Shown here: in pieces, positions 8,110 to 17,009 of the stretch
Layout of the letters: each line of letters starts with the position of its first letter
Numbering within the stretch: position 1 is the first letter of the stretch
Source: an uncultured virus (IMG/VR IMGVR_UViG_3300044724_001447)
Taxonomy: Duplodnaviria; Heunggongvirae; Uroviricota; Caudoviricetes
Strand: one strand, 5' to 3'
Length of the DNA: 64,000 nt
IMG/VR virus record: IMGVR_UViG_3300044724_001447
Position numbers and translations under genes: made by a program
Notes under the pieces: model-generated
Seen by the model: the letters and a program-made list of their open reading frames with translations, nothing else
What the model was told of the DNA's origin: nothing
The model's database searches: none

Positions 8110-11100
8110 GTGGCTAATCGCATTAAAATCAGAAGAGGGTCTGGTACACCTACTACAAATAATACAGAAGCATATGAGTTAGCATACGATTATAGTGCTG
8201 ATATTCTATATATACACGATGGTGCTAGTAACACTATGGTTCCAGTTGGTACTGGTACAGTAGATACAAGCGGTACTCCAGTAGATAATGACTTTGCTAA
8301 GTTTACAGATGCTAATACTATAGAAGGTAGAAGTGCAGCAGAAGTAAAAAGTGATTTAGGATTAGGAACTGGTGCTGAATTAAACACTGCCGCAGTATCA
8401 GATGGTGCTACAACTTTAGCCACTGGTAATGCTATTTATGACCACGTGACATCTAGAATTAGTGGTTTTGTGGATAAAAGCGGTACTCCAATAGCTAGTG
8501 AATATGCACGATTTACAGATAGCAATACTATACAAGGTATAAGTGCTGCTGGTGTAAGAACTGACTTAGGTCTTGTTGTTGGTACTAATGTTCAAGCACA
8601 AAATGATTACTTACAAGATATTGCAGATTTAAGTACAGATAATGCTGCTCAAGATGGATATGTATTAGCTTATAATAATGCTTATCCAAGATTTGAATTA
8701 GTAGAACAAAGTGGTGGTATATCTTTTAATGGCTCTACTGCTAATGGATTATTGACTTATGGTAATAGCACCACAGCAGATGTAGAATCTGCTCTTACTT
8801 TTGATGGAAGTGCATTATCAGTTACTGGAACAGCAAATGTTACAAGCACACTTTCAACTGACTATGGTGTAAGATTTAATAATGGTAATACAGACTTTAT
8901 GTTTTACAACAATACTGGTGATAATTTACTTTATTTAAGAGATTTAACTAATGCACAAATGTTGCAGACTTGGACTACAAGTTCAACTACTATACATAAA
9001 AATTTAAATGTAAGTGGAAATGTAAATGCTACTGGAGATATAAATGTATCTGATGATGTTATAATAAATGTAAATGCTAATTATATATATTCAAGAGATG
9101 CAAGTGGAACACTTACAAGAATGTTCGGTATGAACTCTGGCAATACTACTTATATAGGACCGATAGATAGTTATGCAGGTGGTAGTGTTATTTATGGTAT
9201 TAGCTCAAATGTTTTAGCTCACTATTTTTACACAGATGGAGCTATCAGAATGAAATTAGATGGTCCTGTTTTAGATATACCTAATACTGGAGATTGGAGT
9301 TATATTAAAAATGGCACCACTTCAGGTGGATTAAGATTTGGTACAAACGATTCAAGTGGTACTTATGCTAATCAAATAGAAATATCTAATACTGGTAATT
9401 ATGTTAAGTTAAATGAAAATACTACAGTAACTGGAGATTTAACAACATCTGGCTCTGCAATATTTGCAGCAGCTCACTCTTACGATAAAATAAAATTATT
9501 TGGTAGTACTGGACATGAACAAATTGGTACTGAGGGTAGTACAATAGTATTAACTGCTTCTAATTTTAAATTTAGAGATTACAGTAGTGGTGCTACAAGA
9601 TTTTTTGTTAATTCTAGTGGTGCTATTACTACTGGTGTATGGCAAGGTACGGCTATAGCTAGTTCTTATATTGCTGATAATGCTATAAATGCAGCTAAGC
9701 TAAATGTATCGGGTAATGGAAGTGACGGACAATTATTAAAATCAGACGGAGATGGAACATTTAGTTGGTTCTCATTAGTATCTAGTTCTAACGCTTCAAC
9801 TTTAGACAATTTAGATTCAACTCAGTTTTTAAGAAGTGATACTGGAGATACGGCTGCTGGAAATATTACATTTACTGGTAAATTGTTAGGAAACTCTGCT
9901 ACAACATCTATATTAAACGGAGCTAGTGTTACAAATGTAAATGACGGATTTACTAACGATATAGGAACTGGAAAAGCAGAAGGACTACAACCGTTTAGAT
10001 ATAGTAATAACACTACAAATACTCCATTAGGTGGTGGTGGCTCAATGGCTAATAATGCTAATTGGGGATTAAGTTTATATTCACACGGAACTGGTGGTAG
10101 TGGTAATTACGGATTACAGATGTCTGGTGGAGATAATGATAATCAATTATTTTTTATAAGAAGAGTAACTAATGGTAGTTTTGGTAATTGGTTTGAAATG
10201 TGGCATAGTGGTAATGACGGAAGTGGTAGTGGATTAGATGCTGATTTACTAGATGGATTACAGGGAAGTTCATACTGGACTAAAAGTGGTAGTTGGGCAG
10301 GAGATTTAACAAGTAATGGTTGGTCAAGAGTTCAAGGTGTTAGTAATGGTGGTGGAGAATTTGTATTAGCATTGAAAAATGGACAATTAAGTACATTAAT
10401 AGATGGTAGTTACTTTGCTTACGAAGCTGGTACTAATACAGGTGGAGGATTTTGGAGTAGTTCAAATAGTAGTTATGGAGCAGCTACTGGTATTATTGCA
10501 AGTGGTGGCACATTGTATGTTAAACAAGCAGACGGAGGTAATGCAAGTTTATTTGTTACAGGAGATGCAATAGTAAATTCAGGTTATATATCTGGACAAG
10601 GAAATGACTTACAACTAAGAAGAACTACTAATAGTGATGATAGAATTGTTATAGAAGCATCAGAAACAAAGATTTATGGAGATGCGGTAGAAAGAGTAAG
10701 ATTTGGTAGCTACGGTATTAGAAATGGATATGATGGAACTAATTCAGCTCCAGCTTATAGTTTTAAAGATGATACAGATACTGGTATGCGTAGAAATGGT
10801 AGTGGTGTTATAGATTTTATAAACGATGGTATTCGTAGACTTAGAATAGAAGCAGACGGAGATTTAGTTTTAAGTAGTGATGGTAGCACTCAAGGTGCAA
10901 GTATTCATCGTATTGGTGGATTATACTTTACTTGGGATAGAGATAGTTACGGAACTAACCAACAACATGCTATATTATGTAGTAGTGATGATTTAATTAT
11001 AAATAGTTTTGATAATGTTACTATTAATCTTGATAGTAATGATAATGATACTGCTGAAGCGTTTCAAGTTAGAAGACACGGTATAGATTTAACGAGTGGA

Positions 11101-11841
11101 GAATTGTTATATTCTATTGACCAATCTGGTAATTCTTACACAATGGCTGCATCGCAAGTAGGAAATGGTTCTGTATCTGCTCCATCATTAAGTTTTTTTA
11201 ATGATACAAATACTGGTTTTTATCGAAAAGCAGCAGACCAAATAGGTTTTGTTACTGCTGGAGAACAACAAATGTATTTAGGAGATGGTTTATTACTTAT
11301 AGAACAACCAGTAAGAATACAATTTGCTAATGACCAAAGGATATTTGATGATGGTGGTGGTGGATTAAAAGTAGGTGCAGAAGCTCACAAATTGCAGTTA
11401 TTTGCAGGTTCTAGTACACAGGAAATAAGATTTTTATTTGGTGGTAGAAGTGGAACAGAAAAAATGAGATTTGAGGGTGATGGTGATGGACACTTTGATG
11501 GAGATGTGATTGCATTCTCTACTACACCATCAGATATAAGATTAAAAAAGAATTTTACAAAGATAAAAAATGGATTAGAGGTAGTCAATAAATTAGAAGG
11601 ACATACTTTTAATTGGAAAAAAGGTGGAGATAGATTAAGTGCAGGATTTAAAGCACAAGAAGTAGAAAAGATTTTACCACATTTGGTTGATGAGAAGAAA
11701 CTACCATTAAAAGCAGATGATGATAAAGAATACAAGATTTTACGATATGAGGAAATGATACCTTATTTAGTAGAAGCAATAAAAGAACAACAAGTTCAAA
11801 TAGATGAACTTAAAACACAAATAGGAGAGCAAAATGGCTAA
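8110..11841 (+). CDS. Long tail fibre/spike with C-terminal intramolecular chaperone (peptidase S74)
   Basis: G/S/T/N-rich with internal repeats; C-terminal SDIRLKKN...GFKAQEVEKILPHLV...YEEMIPYLVEAIKEQ. Confidence 0.85.
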   Translation: MANRIKIRRGSGTPTTNNTEAYELAYDYSADILYIHDGASNTMVPVGTGTVDTSGTPVDNDFAKFTDANTIEGRSAAEVKSDLGLGTGAELNTAAVSDGATTLATGNAIYDHVTSRISGFVDKSGTPIASEYARFTDSNTIQGISAAGVRTDLGLVVGTNVQAQNDYLQDIADLSTDNAAQDGYVLAYNNAYPRFELVEQSGGISFNGSTANGLLTYGNSTTADVESALTFDGSALSVTGTANVTSTLSTDYGVRFNNGNTDFMFYNNTGDNLLYLRDLTNAQMLQTWTTSSTTIHKNLNVSGNVNATGDINVSDDVIINVNANYIYSRDASGTLTRMFGMNSGNTTYIGPIDSYAGGSVIYGISSNVLAHYFYTDGAIRMKLDGPVLDIPNTGDWSYIKNGTTSGGLRFGTNDSSGTYANQIEISNTGNYVKLNENTTVTGDLTTSGSAIFAAAHSYDKIKLFGSTGHEQIGTEGSTIVLTASNFKFRDYSSGATRFFVNSSGAITTGVWQGTAIASSYIADNAINAAKLNVSGNGSDGQLLKSDGDGTFSWFSLVSSSNASTLDNLDSTQFLRSDTGDTAAGNITFTGKLLGNSATTSILNGASVTNVNDGFTNDIGTGKAEGLQPFRYSNNTTNTPLGGGGSMANNANWGLSLYSHGTGGSGNYGLQMSGGDNDNQLFFIRRVTNGSFGNWFEMWHSGNDGSGSGLDADLLDGLQGSSYWTKSGSWAGDLTSNGWSRVQGVSNGGGEFVLALKNGQLSTLIDGSYFAYEAGTNTGGGFWSSSNSSYGAATGIIASGGTLYVKQADGGNASLFVTGDAIVNSGYISGQGNDLQLRRTTNSDDRIVIEASETKIYGDAVERVRFGSYGIRNGYDGTNSAPAYSFKDDTDTGMRRNGSGVIDFINDGIRRLRIEADGDLVLSSDGSTQGASIHRIGGLYFTWDRDSYGTNQQHAILCSSDDLIINSFDNVTINLDSNDNDTAEAFQVRRHGIDLTSGELLYSIDQSGNSYTMAASQVGNGSVSAPSLSFFNDTNTGFYRKAADQIGFVTAGEQQMYLGDGLLLIEQPVRIQFANDQRIFDDGGGGLKVGAEAHKLQLFAGSSTQEIRFLFGGRSGTEKMRFEGDGDGHFDGDVIAFSTTPSDIRLKKNFTKIKNGLEVVNKLEGHTFNWKKGGDRLSAGFKAQEVEKILPHLVDEKKLPLKADDDKEYKILRYEEMIPYLVEAIKEQQVQIDELKTQIGEQNG

Positions 11842-12085
11842 AGTAATAAGTGCAGTAGAAGCTGCAGTAGAATCAGTTGAATCACTAAAAATGGTATCAA
11901 TTAAACATACAAGAGTTATGAAAAATCCAAATGGTAACGATGTTACTGTTTTAGATTGGGAAGAAACTAAAGATGTTAATTCAGCTATTACAGACTGCGA
12001 AACAATGAAAGCTAATTTAGAAGCACAGCTTGTAGAGTGTGAAGCAGAATTAGCAGACTATATAGCGATAAGAGACGCTGAGTAA
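11834..12085 (+). CDS. Hypothetical protein (possible fibre assembly factor)
   Basis: RBS AGGAG; overlaps the fibre stop; C-terminal coiled coil. Confidence 0.6.
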   Translation: MAKVISAVEAAVESVESLKMVSIKHTRVMKNPNGNDVTVLDWEETKDVNSAITDCETMKANLEAQLVECEAELADYIAIRDAE

Positions 12086-12088
12086 TAA

Positions 12089-12706
12089 ATGGCACTACCT
12101 GCATCAGGGCAAATAAGTATTAATGATATATATACTGAAACAGGCAATGAAAATGAATTGAATGCTTCGTTAAAAGATATATCTGATGGTACGTTTGTAA
12201 CTATAAATACTGTTAATCCAGCAGCAAATAGACCAGACCAGTCTGCTCCGCATGCAATGTCTGAGTTTTATAGTTATGACCACGACTTAACTTCTTCTTC
12301 TTGGGGAGGTAGTTGGAGTGCTGGTACTCAAAACATTGGTTCTAATCCAGGTAGTACAACCTACTACAATAGAAGTATTACTTTCACAGGATTTACTTCT
12401 GATGTAATAGATGTGTATTACACATTAAATAGTGGAGTAGTTAGAGGTGGCTTGTCTGTAGCAACGTCTACCTCAGCATTTCCAGATAATAGTGCTACAT
12501 ATAGAACTGTAAATAGTGGTACTGGTAGTTTTGGTACTGCTGTTAGTATTAATGGTAGTGGTACATTGTATTGTAGATTTAAATATGTACAACATAGTTC
12601 ATTACATGAAACAAGTAATAGAACAATTAAAATAGTAGCAGACGGAGAAACAACGCCAGGGTTTGCTCAAATTAATTTTGATGATAGTGGCGGAGGATTT
12701 CCATAA
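12089..12706 (+). CDS. Fibre-tip adhesin-like protein
   Basis: N-terminal MALPASGQIS..DI..E...MSEFY.Y resembles the N-termini of phage fibre-tip adhesins; downstream of an S74-containing fibre. Confidence 0.5.
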   Translation: MALPASGQISINDIYTETGNENELNASLKDISDGTFVTINTVNPAANRPDQSAPHAMSEFYSYDHDLTSSSWGGSWSAGTQNIGSNPGSTTYYNRSITFTGFTSDVIDVYYTLNSGVVRGGLSVATSTSAFPDNSATYRTVNSGTGSFGTAVSINGSGTLYCRFKYVQHSSLHETSNRTIKIVADGETTPGFAQINFDDSGGGFP

Positions 12707-12774
12707 TTTTTTATGGAATATGTTGTTTTAACTTAATAAATTAAAGCACTATTAATAGTAATAAGGAGAATAAA

Positions 12775-12948
12775 ATGGCTAAAGAACAAAATACAGCAAA
12801 AGAAGTAGTTCAAGAACCTCTTGATTTGCAAGAACAATTAAAGGTAATTGAAGCTCAAATTGCTGAGTTACGTGGAACACATAACTATATAAATAGTCTT
12901 TTACAACAAGGCTTTACAGTTATTCCACCAGCTAAAGCTGAAAAGTAG
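12775..12948 (+). CDS. Hypothetical 57-aa coiled-coil protein
   Basis: Below the ORF-track cutoff; RBS AAGGAG; MAKEQNTAKE...PPAKAEK. Confidence 0.7.
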   Translation: MAKEQNTAKEVVQEPLDLQEQLKVIEAQIAELRGTHNYINSLLQQGFTVIPPAKAEK

Positions 12949-12955
12949 AAAGGGA

Positions 12956-12971
12956 GGGGGAGAAATCCCCC
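12956..12971 (+). terminator. GAAA-tetraloop hairpin
   Basis: ggggga-gaaa-tccccc followed by taacttt. Confidence 0.5.
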
Positions 12972-13002
12972 TAACTTTAATTATAAATAATAGGGGAATA
13001 AA

Positions 13003-13299
13003 ATGGAAGTCGGTAAAGACACTAAATTTACACTATCTATAGAAACTGCAATCAGTATCATTGTAACTATTGGTATGATTATAGGTATGTGGTTTACTCT
13101 TCAAGCAGATATTGAAGAAGCTAAACTATTACCAGAACCAGAAGTATCACGTATGGAGTATGATTTAAAAGACCAAATGATTCGTGAATCAATTTTGAAT
13201 ACTGAAGGTAAAGTAGATAAACTTGAAGAAAAGGTAGACGATATTAAAGAAGATACTAAGATGATTCAAGAAACCCTGATAAACATGAATAATAACTAA
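13003..13299 (+). CDS. Single-TM membrane protein with coiled coil (possible lysis accessory)
   Basis: Hydrophobic AISIIVTIGMIIGMWF followed by a heptad-rich tail. Confidence 0.55.
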   Translation: MEVGKDTKFTLSIETAISIIVTIGMIIGMWFTLQADIEEAKLLPEPEVSRMEYDLKDQMIRESILNTEGKVDKLEEKVDDIKEDTKMIQETLINMNNN

Positions 13300-13311
13300 T
13301 GAGGTTTACAG

Positions 13312-13695
13312 ATGAACAACAAATTTATATCATACTTGGTATTAACTTTTTGCTCGTTGCTATCTTGGCTGCACTCACAATCAGTCAACTTAGATAGCTT
13401 TGAAGAAATACAAGCGCTAAATATACAAAAATGCGCAGTAGTGCAAGTTAATGCAGGATGGAATTATCAAAATAGAGTGAAGGTAGAAAAACTATCAAAC
13501 TTATGTTATATAGGCGAAATAGATTTAACTAATAAAACTGTAGGTGCGGTAATACAAAAAGAATGGAATATTAAGGTTGTTCCTACTATTATTATTTTTA
13601 AAGAAGGAAAAGAAATTGAAAGATATGAACCTGGTATTAGTATGAGGTTTGACGAGAAAGAGGTATTTGATAAGATTAAAAAGGAAATTCAATAG
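13312..13695 (+). CDS. Signal-peptide-bearing thioredoxin-fold protein lacking CxxC
   Basis: VVQVNAGWN sits where V.F.A.WCxxC would be; NIKVVPTIIIFKEGKEIER cis-Pro region; hydrophobic N-terminus. Confidence 0.65.
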   Translation: MNNKFISYLVLTFCSLLSWLHSQSVNLDSFEEIQALNIQKCAVVQVNAGWNYQNRVKVEKLSNLCYIGEIDLTNKTVGAVIQKEWNIKVVPTIIIFKEGKEIERYEPGISMRFDEKEVFDKIKKEIQ

Positions 13696-13703
13696 GAGAT
13701 AAT

Positions 13704-13856
13704 ATGAATATTGTAGTTAGTAAATTACTTACAAGCCTTTTAAGTGAAAAGATTCTGAAAGCTGTATTATTAAAACTTGGTGATTATTTTATTGCTAAGT
13801 CTGATAATAAACTAGACGATGAAATTTGGGCTGAAGTTAAAAAAGCATTGAAATAG
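13704..13856 (+). CDS. Hypothetical 50-aa amphipathic protein
   Basis: RBS AGGAG; MNIVVSKLLTSLLSEK...SDNKLDDEIWAEVKKALK. Confidence 0.7.
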   Translation: MNIVVSKLLTSLLSEKILKAVLLKLGDYFIAKSDNKLDDEIWAEVKKALK

Positions 13857-13861
13857 AGGGC

Positions 13862-13894
13862 ATGATGAATTGTGAATGTGGATGTGGATGCTAG
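13862..13894 (+). CDS. Putative Cys-rich micropeptide MMNCECGCGC
   Basis: Fills the gap between two genes; purine-rich agaggg just upstream. Confidence 0.35.
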   Translation: MMNCECGCGC

Positions 13895-13897
13895 TCA

Positions 13898-15484
13898 ATG
13901 CCAAAAAAAGAGTATAAAATACTAGGGTTTCATGGTGGTATACATGATAACTCAGACTCAAAAGATATACGTGATATAGATTTACGTGAAGCTGATGGTG
14001 TATCTACACATAAAATAGGTAGACTAGTAGGATTAGGAAATAAAGGTAGTGCTATTACAAGTGGTGCTACCGCTGATGTAGAACCTGGATATGGATTACA
14101 TTATTTTTCTGTAGACTATGACCATACTAATGCTAATAACCCAGATGATTACTTAGCTATATATGATAAAGCGAACACTAAAGTTCGTTTTTACTATAGA
14201 GATAAAGATGGTTCTAGTCCTAGTTTTTTATCTGATGAAGTAACGTTTGGTGGTGCTATAAAACCTAACTATTATTATGGTGATGGTTTATTACGTATCG
14301 GAGATGCTTCTTTTAGTCAAGATAGTAAATGGTTTGGATATATAGACCAGTCATTATTTTGGACTGATGATACAGGAAATACTTCTAACTTACACGATAT
14401 AACTAAATGGGATAGTGGAGACCAAGAGCTTAGTCCTATTACATTAGGTGAAATAAAACTTGTAGATATGTCCGAAGATAATCCAAATGCTACAGAAATA
14501 AGCAGTACAACTGGTAAATTAATACTAGGATATAAAACATACGAAGGCGGACAATGGAGTGGTAATTATATTTTTGGCGCAACTCCTGTATTTATAGGAA
14601 ATCAAGAAGGTGAAATATCTACTTTTTATCAAGATGTATTAACAAGGATTCCTCAATCTATTCCATTATATAATCAAGAAATAACATTTCAAGTATTTAT
14701 AGGAGTAGGAACTGATACTTCAAAACCTACTTCATTATCAGGAAATAATGTATTTGGAGATAATCGTATTATTGGATTGAATTTTTATTTTAAAGAACAA
14801 GCAACTGATGAATGGATATTTTTAATGCATACTGATTTACGTGAAGGCGGAAAAGATTATTGGTCTGTATATGACCCGCAAAACGAAACATTATATGGTA
14901 AATGGGATGGTAAAGTAACTCAAGATGTTAGTCTTAATACTATTGTAGCAGATGGTGTAGATATTATGACAAATGCTACAACTTCTAATCACCATTTGAA
15001 TTTTTCAGATAATAATGATGGAAGTGGAACTAATTGGGAAGATAGTAGTAATAGTGGTAAGAGTGATTTGACAGACCATGAAGGTCGTTCATATCAACCA
15101 GTATATTTGAAAGTCAGATTAAATAATGAAAATACAAATGGATTTGGTACAACAGCTGTTCCTAGACAAGGGTTTATACGAGTATGGGGTGGAGCTGTTT
15201 CACCATTATATGTAGGTGGTGCACACGATGGAACAAGTGATACTCCTATAGCATTATTAACTGGTATTTCAGGAAATCCTGGTACTGAAGGTGTTGATTG
15301 GGATGAATATTATGTACCGATGATGTTACCAGGACCAGGAACAGATAGAGAATTTAGAGTACAAGTATTAGATGAAAATTTTAATGTTATTGCAGATAGC
15401 GGTATAGAAACAATGACGATACAAGATAGCGGTATTGAGCCTCCTCCTGATTATGATGCAGACCAGCAAGAAAGGGAGTTTTAA
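13898..15484 (+). CDS. Tail protein (nozzle/stabilisation-like, first part)
   Basis: N-terminal I.GFHGGI......DI...E...G.L pattern of podoviral nozzle proteins; beta-rich; position before ejection genes. Confidence 0.55.
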   Translation: MPKKEYKILGFHGGIHDNSDSKDIRDIDLREADGVSTHKIGRLVGLGNKGSAITSGATADVEPGYGLHYFSVDYDHTNANNPDDYLAIYDKANTKVRFYYRDKDGSSPSFLSDEVTFGGAIKPNYYYGDGLLRIGDASFSQDSKWFGYIDQSLFWTDDTGNTSNLHDITKWDSGDQELSPITLGEIKLVDMSEDNPNATEISSTTGKLILGYKTYEGGQWSGNYIFGATPVFIGNQEGEISTFYQDVLTRIPQSIPLYNQEITFQVFIGVGTDTSKPTSLSGNNVFGDNRIIGLNFYFKEQATDEWIFLMHTDLREGGKDYWSVYDPQNETLYGKWDGKVTQDVSLNTIVADGVDIMTNATTSNHHLNFSDNNDGSGTNWEDSSNSGKSDLTDHEGRSYQPVYLKVRLNNENTNGFGTTAVPRQGFIRVWGGAVSPLYVGGAHDGTSDTPIALLTGISGNPGTEGVDWDEYYVPMMLPGPGTDREFRVQVLDENFNVIADSGIETMTIQDSGIEPPPDYDADQQEREF

Positions 15485-16662
15485 TGGCTAACTACGCAGT
15501 AATGAGTCCAGGTAAATATAGATTAGGAATTTCTTTTAATTTTCCACCATTAACAAATAAGAGGTTAAGACAAGATTATCTTATTAAAAAAATCAAATGG
15601 AAAACGTCTGTTTTAATTGGGCAAAGGTTATACCTAGGAAATGTAAAATTAGTTGACAAAGATAACAAAGAACGTGTTTATAGCGATAGTGTGTTCAAGT
15701 CTAGAGCTGGTCAATTTGATACATTTACAATGGATAGAAGAATTGATGTAGCAGTAAACGATGGTGAAGAAATTATAAGACTAGCTACATACGCAGATAG
15801 ATTGTTGCAATATAAACAAAACACTTTATATATTATTAACGCAACAAAAAGCCAAGAGTTTCTAGAAGCTACCCACAAACACAAAGGTGTATCGCACCAC
15901 AATGCAGTATGTGAAACAGATTATGGTGTTGCTTGGTGTAATGAACATGGAGCATATTTATACAATGGTAGACAAGTAGGTGATTTGTTTGTTAAAGAAG
16001 GTGTTCGTTTTATATCAGAATCTTTATGGAATAGTTTTTATGTGGATGGAGAAACAATGATAGGGTTTGCTCCTAAGTCAAAACAATTAATTATTATGAA
16101 GTCATTTAAAAACGCTACAAGCGATAGTGGTGACATTTTAGTGTATGATATGGTAACAAGTTCTTGGGTAAAAGGAACAGGAAGATTAAACGCCGAAGAT
16201 AAAACTAACTTGGTCAATATGTGGGATGGTAGTTTAATATATGGATACGAAAATACTACAGACCAAACTACTATTGTTCCGTGGCAATCAAGTCCTTCAG
16301 AAGCCATCAATAATTTTAATGTGCAACTCAAAGAATTAAACTTTGGTACACAAGCAAAGAAAAAAGTAATTAAAGTAGAGTTAACTTATAAAGGTGCTGA
16401 TGGCAGTAATACTAATGTAGTGCCTAAATATTCAGTAGATGGAGGAGCATACACGAATAACTTTGTAGATAGTTCTGGTGCTGAAATTACAAACATAGCA
16501 GGTAGTGCTAATTTTACAGTAATAGAACTATACACACAATCCAATGCAAACAATATTAAAACATTTAGTATGAAGTTTGAAGACGTTAGCGGTCAAGATG
16601 TATCAGCTGATTTTGAAGTGAATGATATGTCAATAATATATAGACAAAAGAGTATTAAATAA
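15484..16662 (+). CDS. Tail protein (nozzle/stabilisation-like beta-propeller, second part)
   Basis: I..L....DRLLQYK....Y, GV....AV.....GVAW....G.YLYNG, K..NFG....KK..KV pattern. Confidence 0.6.
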   Translation: MANYAVMSPGKYRLGISFNFPPLTNKRLRQDYLIKKIKWKTSVLIGQRLYLGNVKLVDKDNKERVYSDSVFKSRAGQFDTFTMDRRIDVAVNDGEEIIRLATYADRLLQYKQNTLYIINATKSQEFLEATHKHKGVSHHNAVCETDYGVAWCNEHGAYLYNGRQVGDLFVKEGVRFISESLWNSFYVDGETMIGFAPKSKQLIIMKSFKNATSDSGDILVYDMVTSSWVKGTGRLNAEDKTNLVNMWDGSLIYGYENTTDQTTIVPWQSSPSEAINNFNVQLKELNFGTQAKKKVIKVELTYKGADGSNTNVVPKYSVDGGAYTNNFVDSSGAEITNIAGSANFTVIELYTQSNANNIKTFSMKFEDVSGQDVSADFEVNDMSIIYRQKSIK

Positions 16663-16952
16663 TGGAACAAGCTGAAAAAAAGTTTAGTAAAACAATATTT
16701 AGTGGTGCAGGTGGAAGTAGCGATAGAAGAAGAGTAAATCATTATAACCAACAAAAACCAAGATTTGTAGAGGAAATACCTACGGAAGAATCAGGAGTAG
16801 AAGGAGATATAGTTTATTATGAAAATCCTGGCAATTTGAACAAAGTAGAGCAATATATTAAAAGAAGAGGTGAGTGGATTAATCTGTCTGATGGTAGACC
16901 ATTAAATGATAGTCCTGTAATAAGAAAATTTGTAAAGGCAAGAGCTGGATAA
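16662..16952 (+). CDS. Hypothetical tail-associated protein
   Basis: Coupled TAATG overlap; P....G.EGD...Y.KR.G.W. Confidence 0.5.
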   Translation: MEQAEKKFSKTIFSGAGGSSDRRRVNHYNQQKPRFVEEIPTEESGVEGDIVYYENPGNLNKVEQYIKRRGEWINLSDGRPLNDSPVIRKFVKARAG

Positions 16953-16957
16953 AACAG

Positions 16958-16986
16958 TTGAAAGTTATGACTATAAGTGATATATT
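16958..16986 (+). promoter_or_regulatory. Sigma70-like promoter for the ejection-protein genes
   Basis: TTGAAA-17 nt-TATATT in an intergenic gap. Confidence 0.55.
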
Positions 16987-17009
16987 ATATATAAAAATTA
17001 GGAAGTATT

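Larger units (their letters stand above)
7462..14471 (+). repeat. 7,010-bp direct repeat, copy 1
   Basis: Matches 56991-64000 at offset 49,529; last mismatches at 7455/56984 and 7461/56990; all ORF translations inside are identical; nucleotides spot-checked, not aligned exhaustively. Confidence 0.95.
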
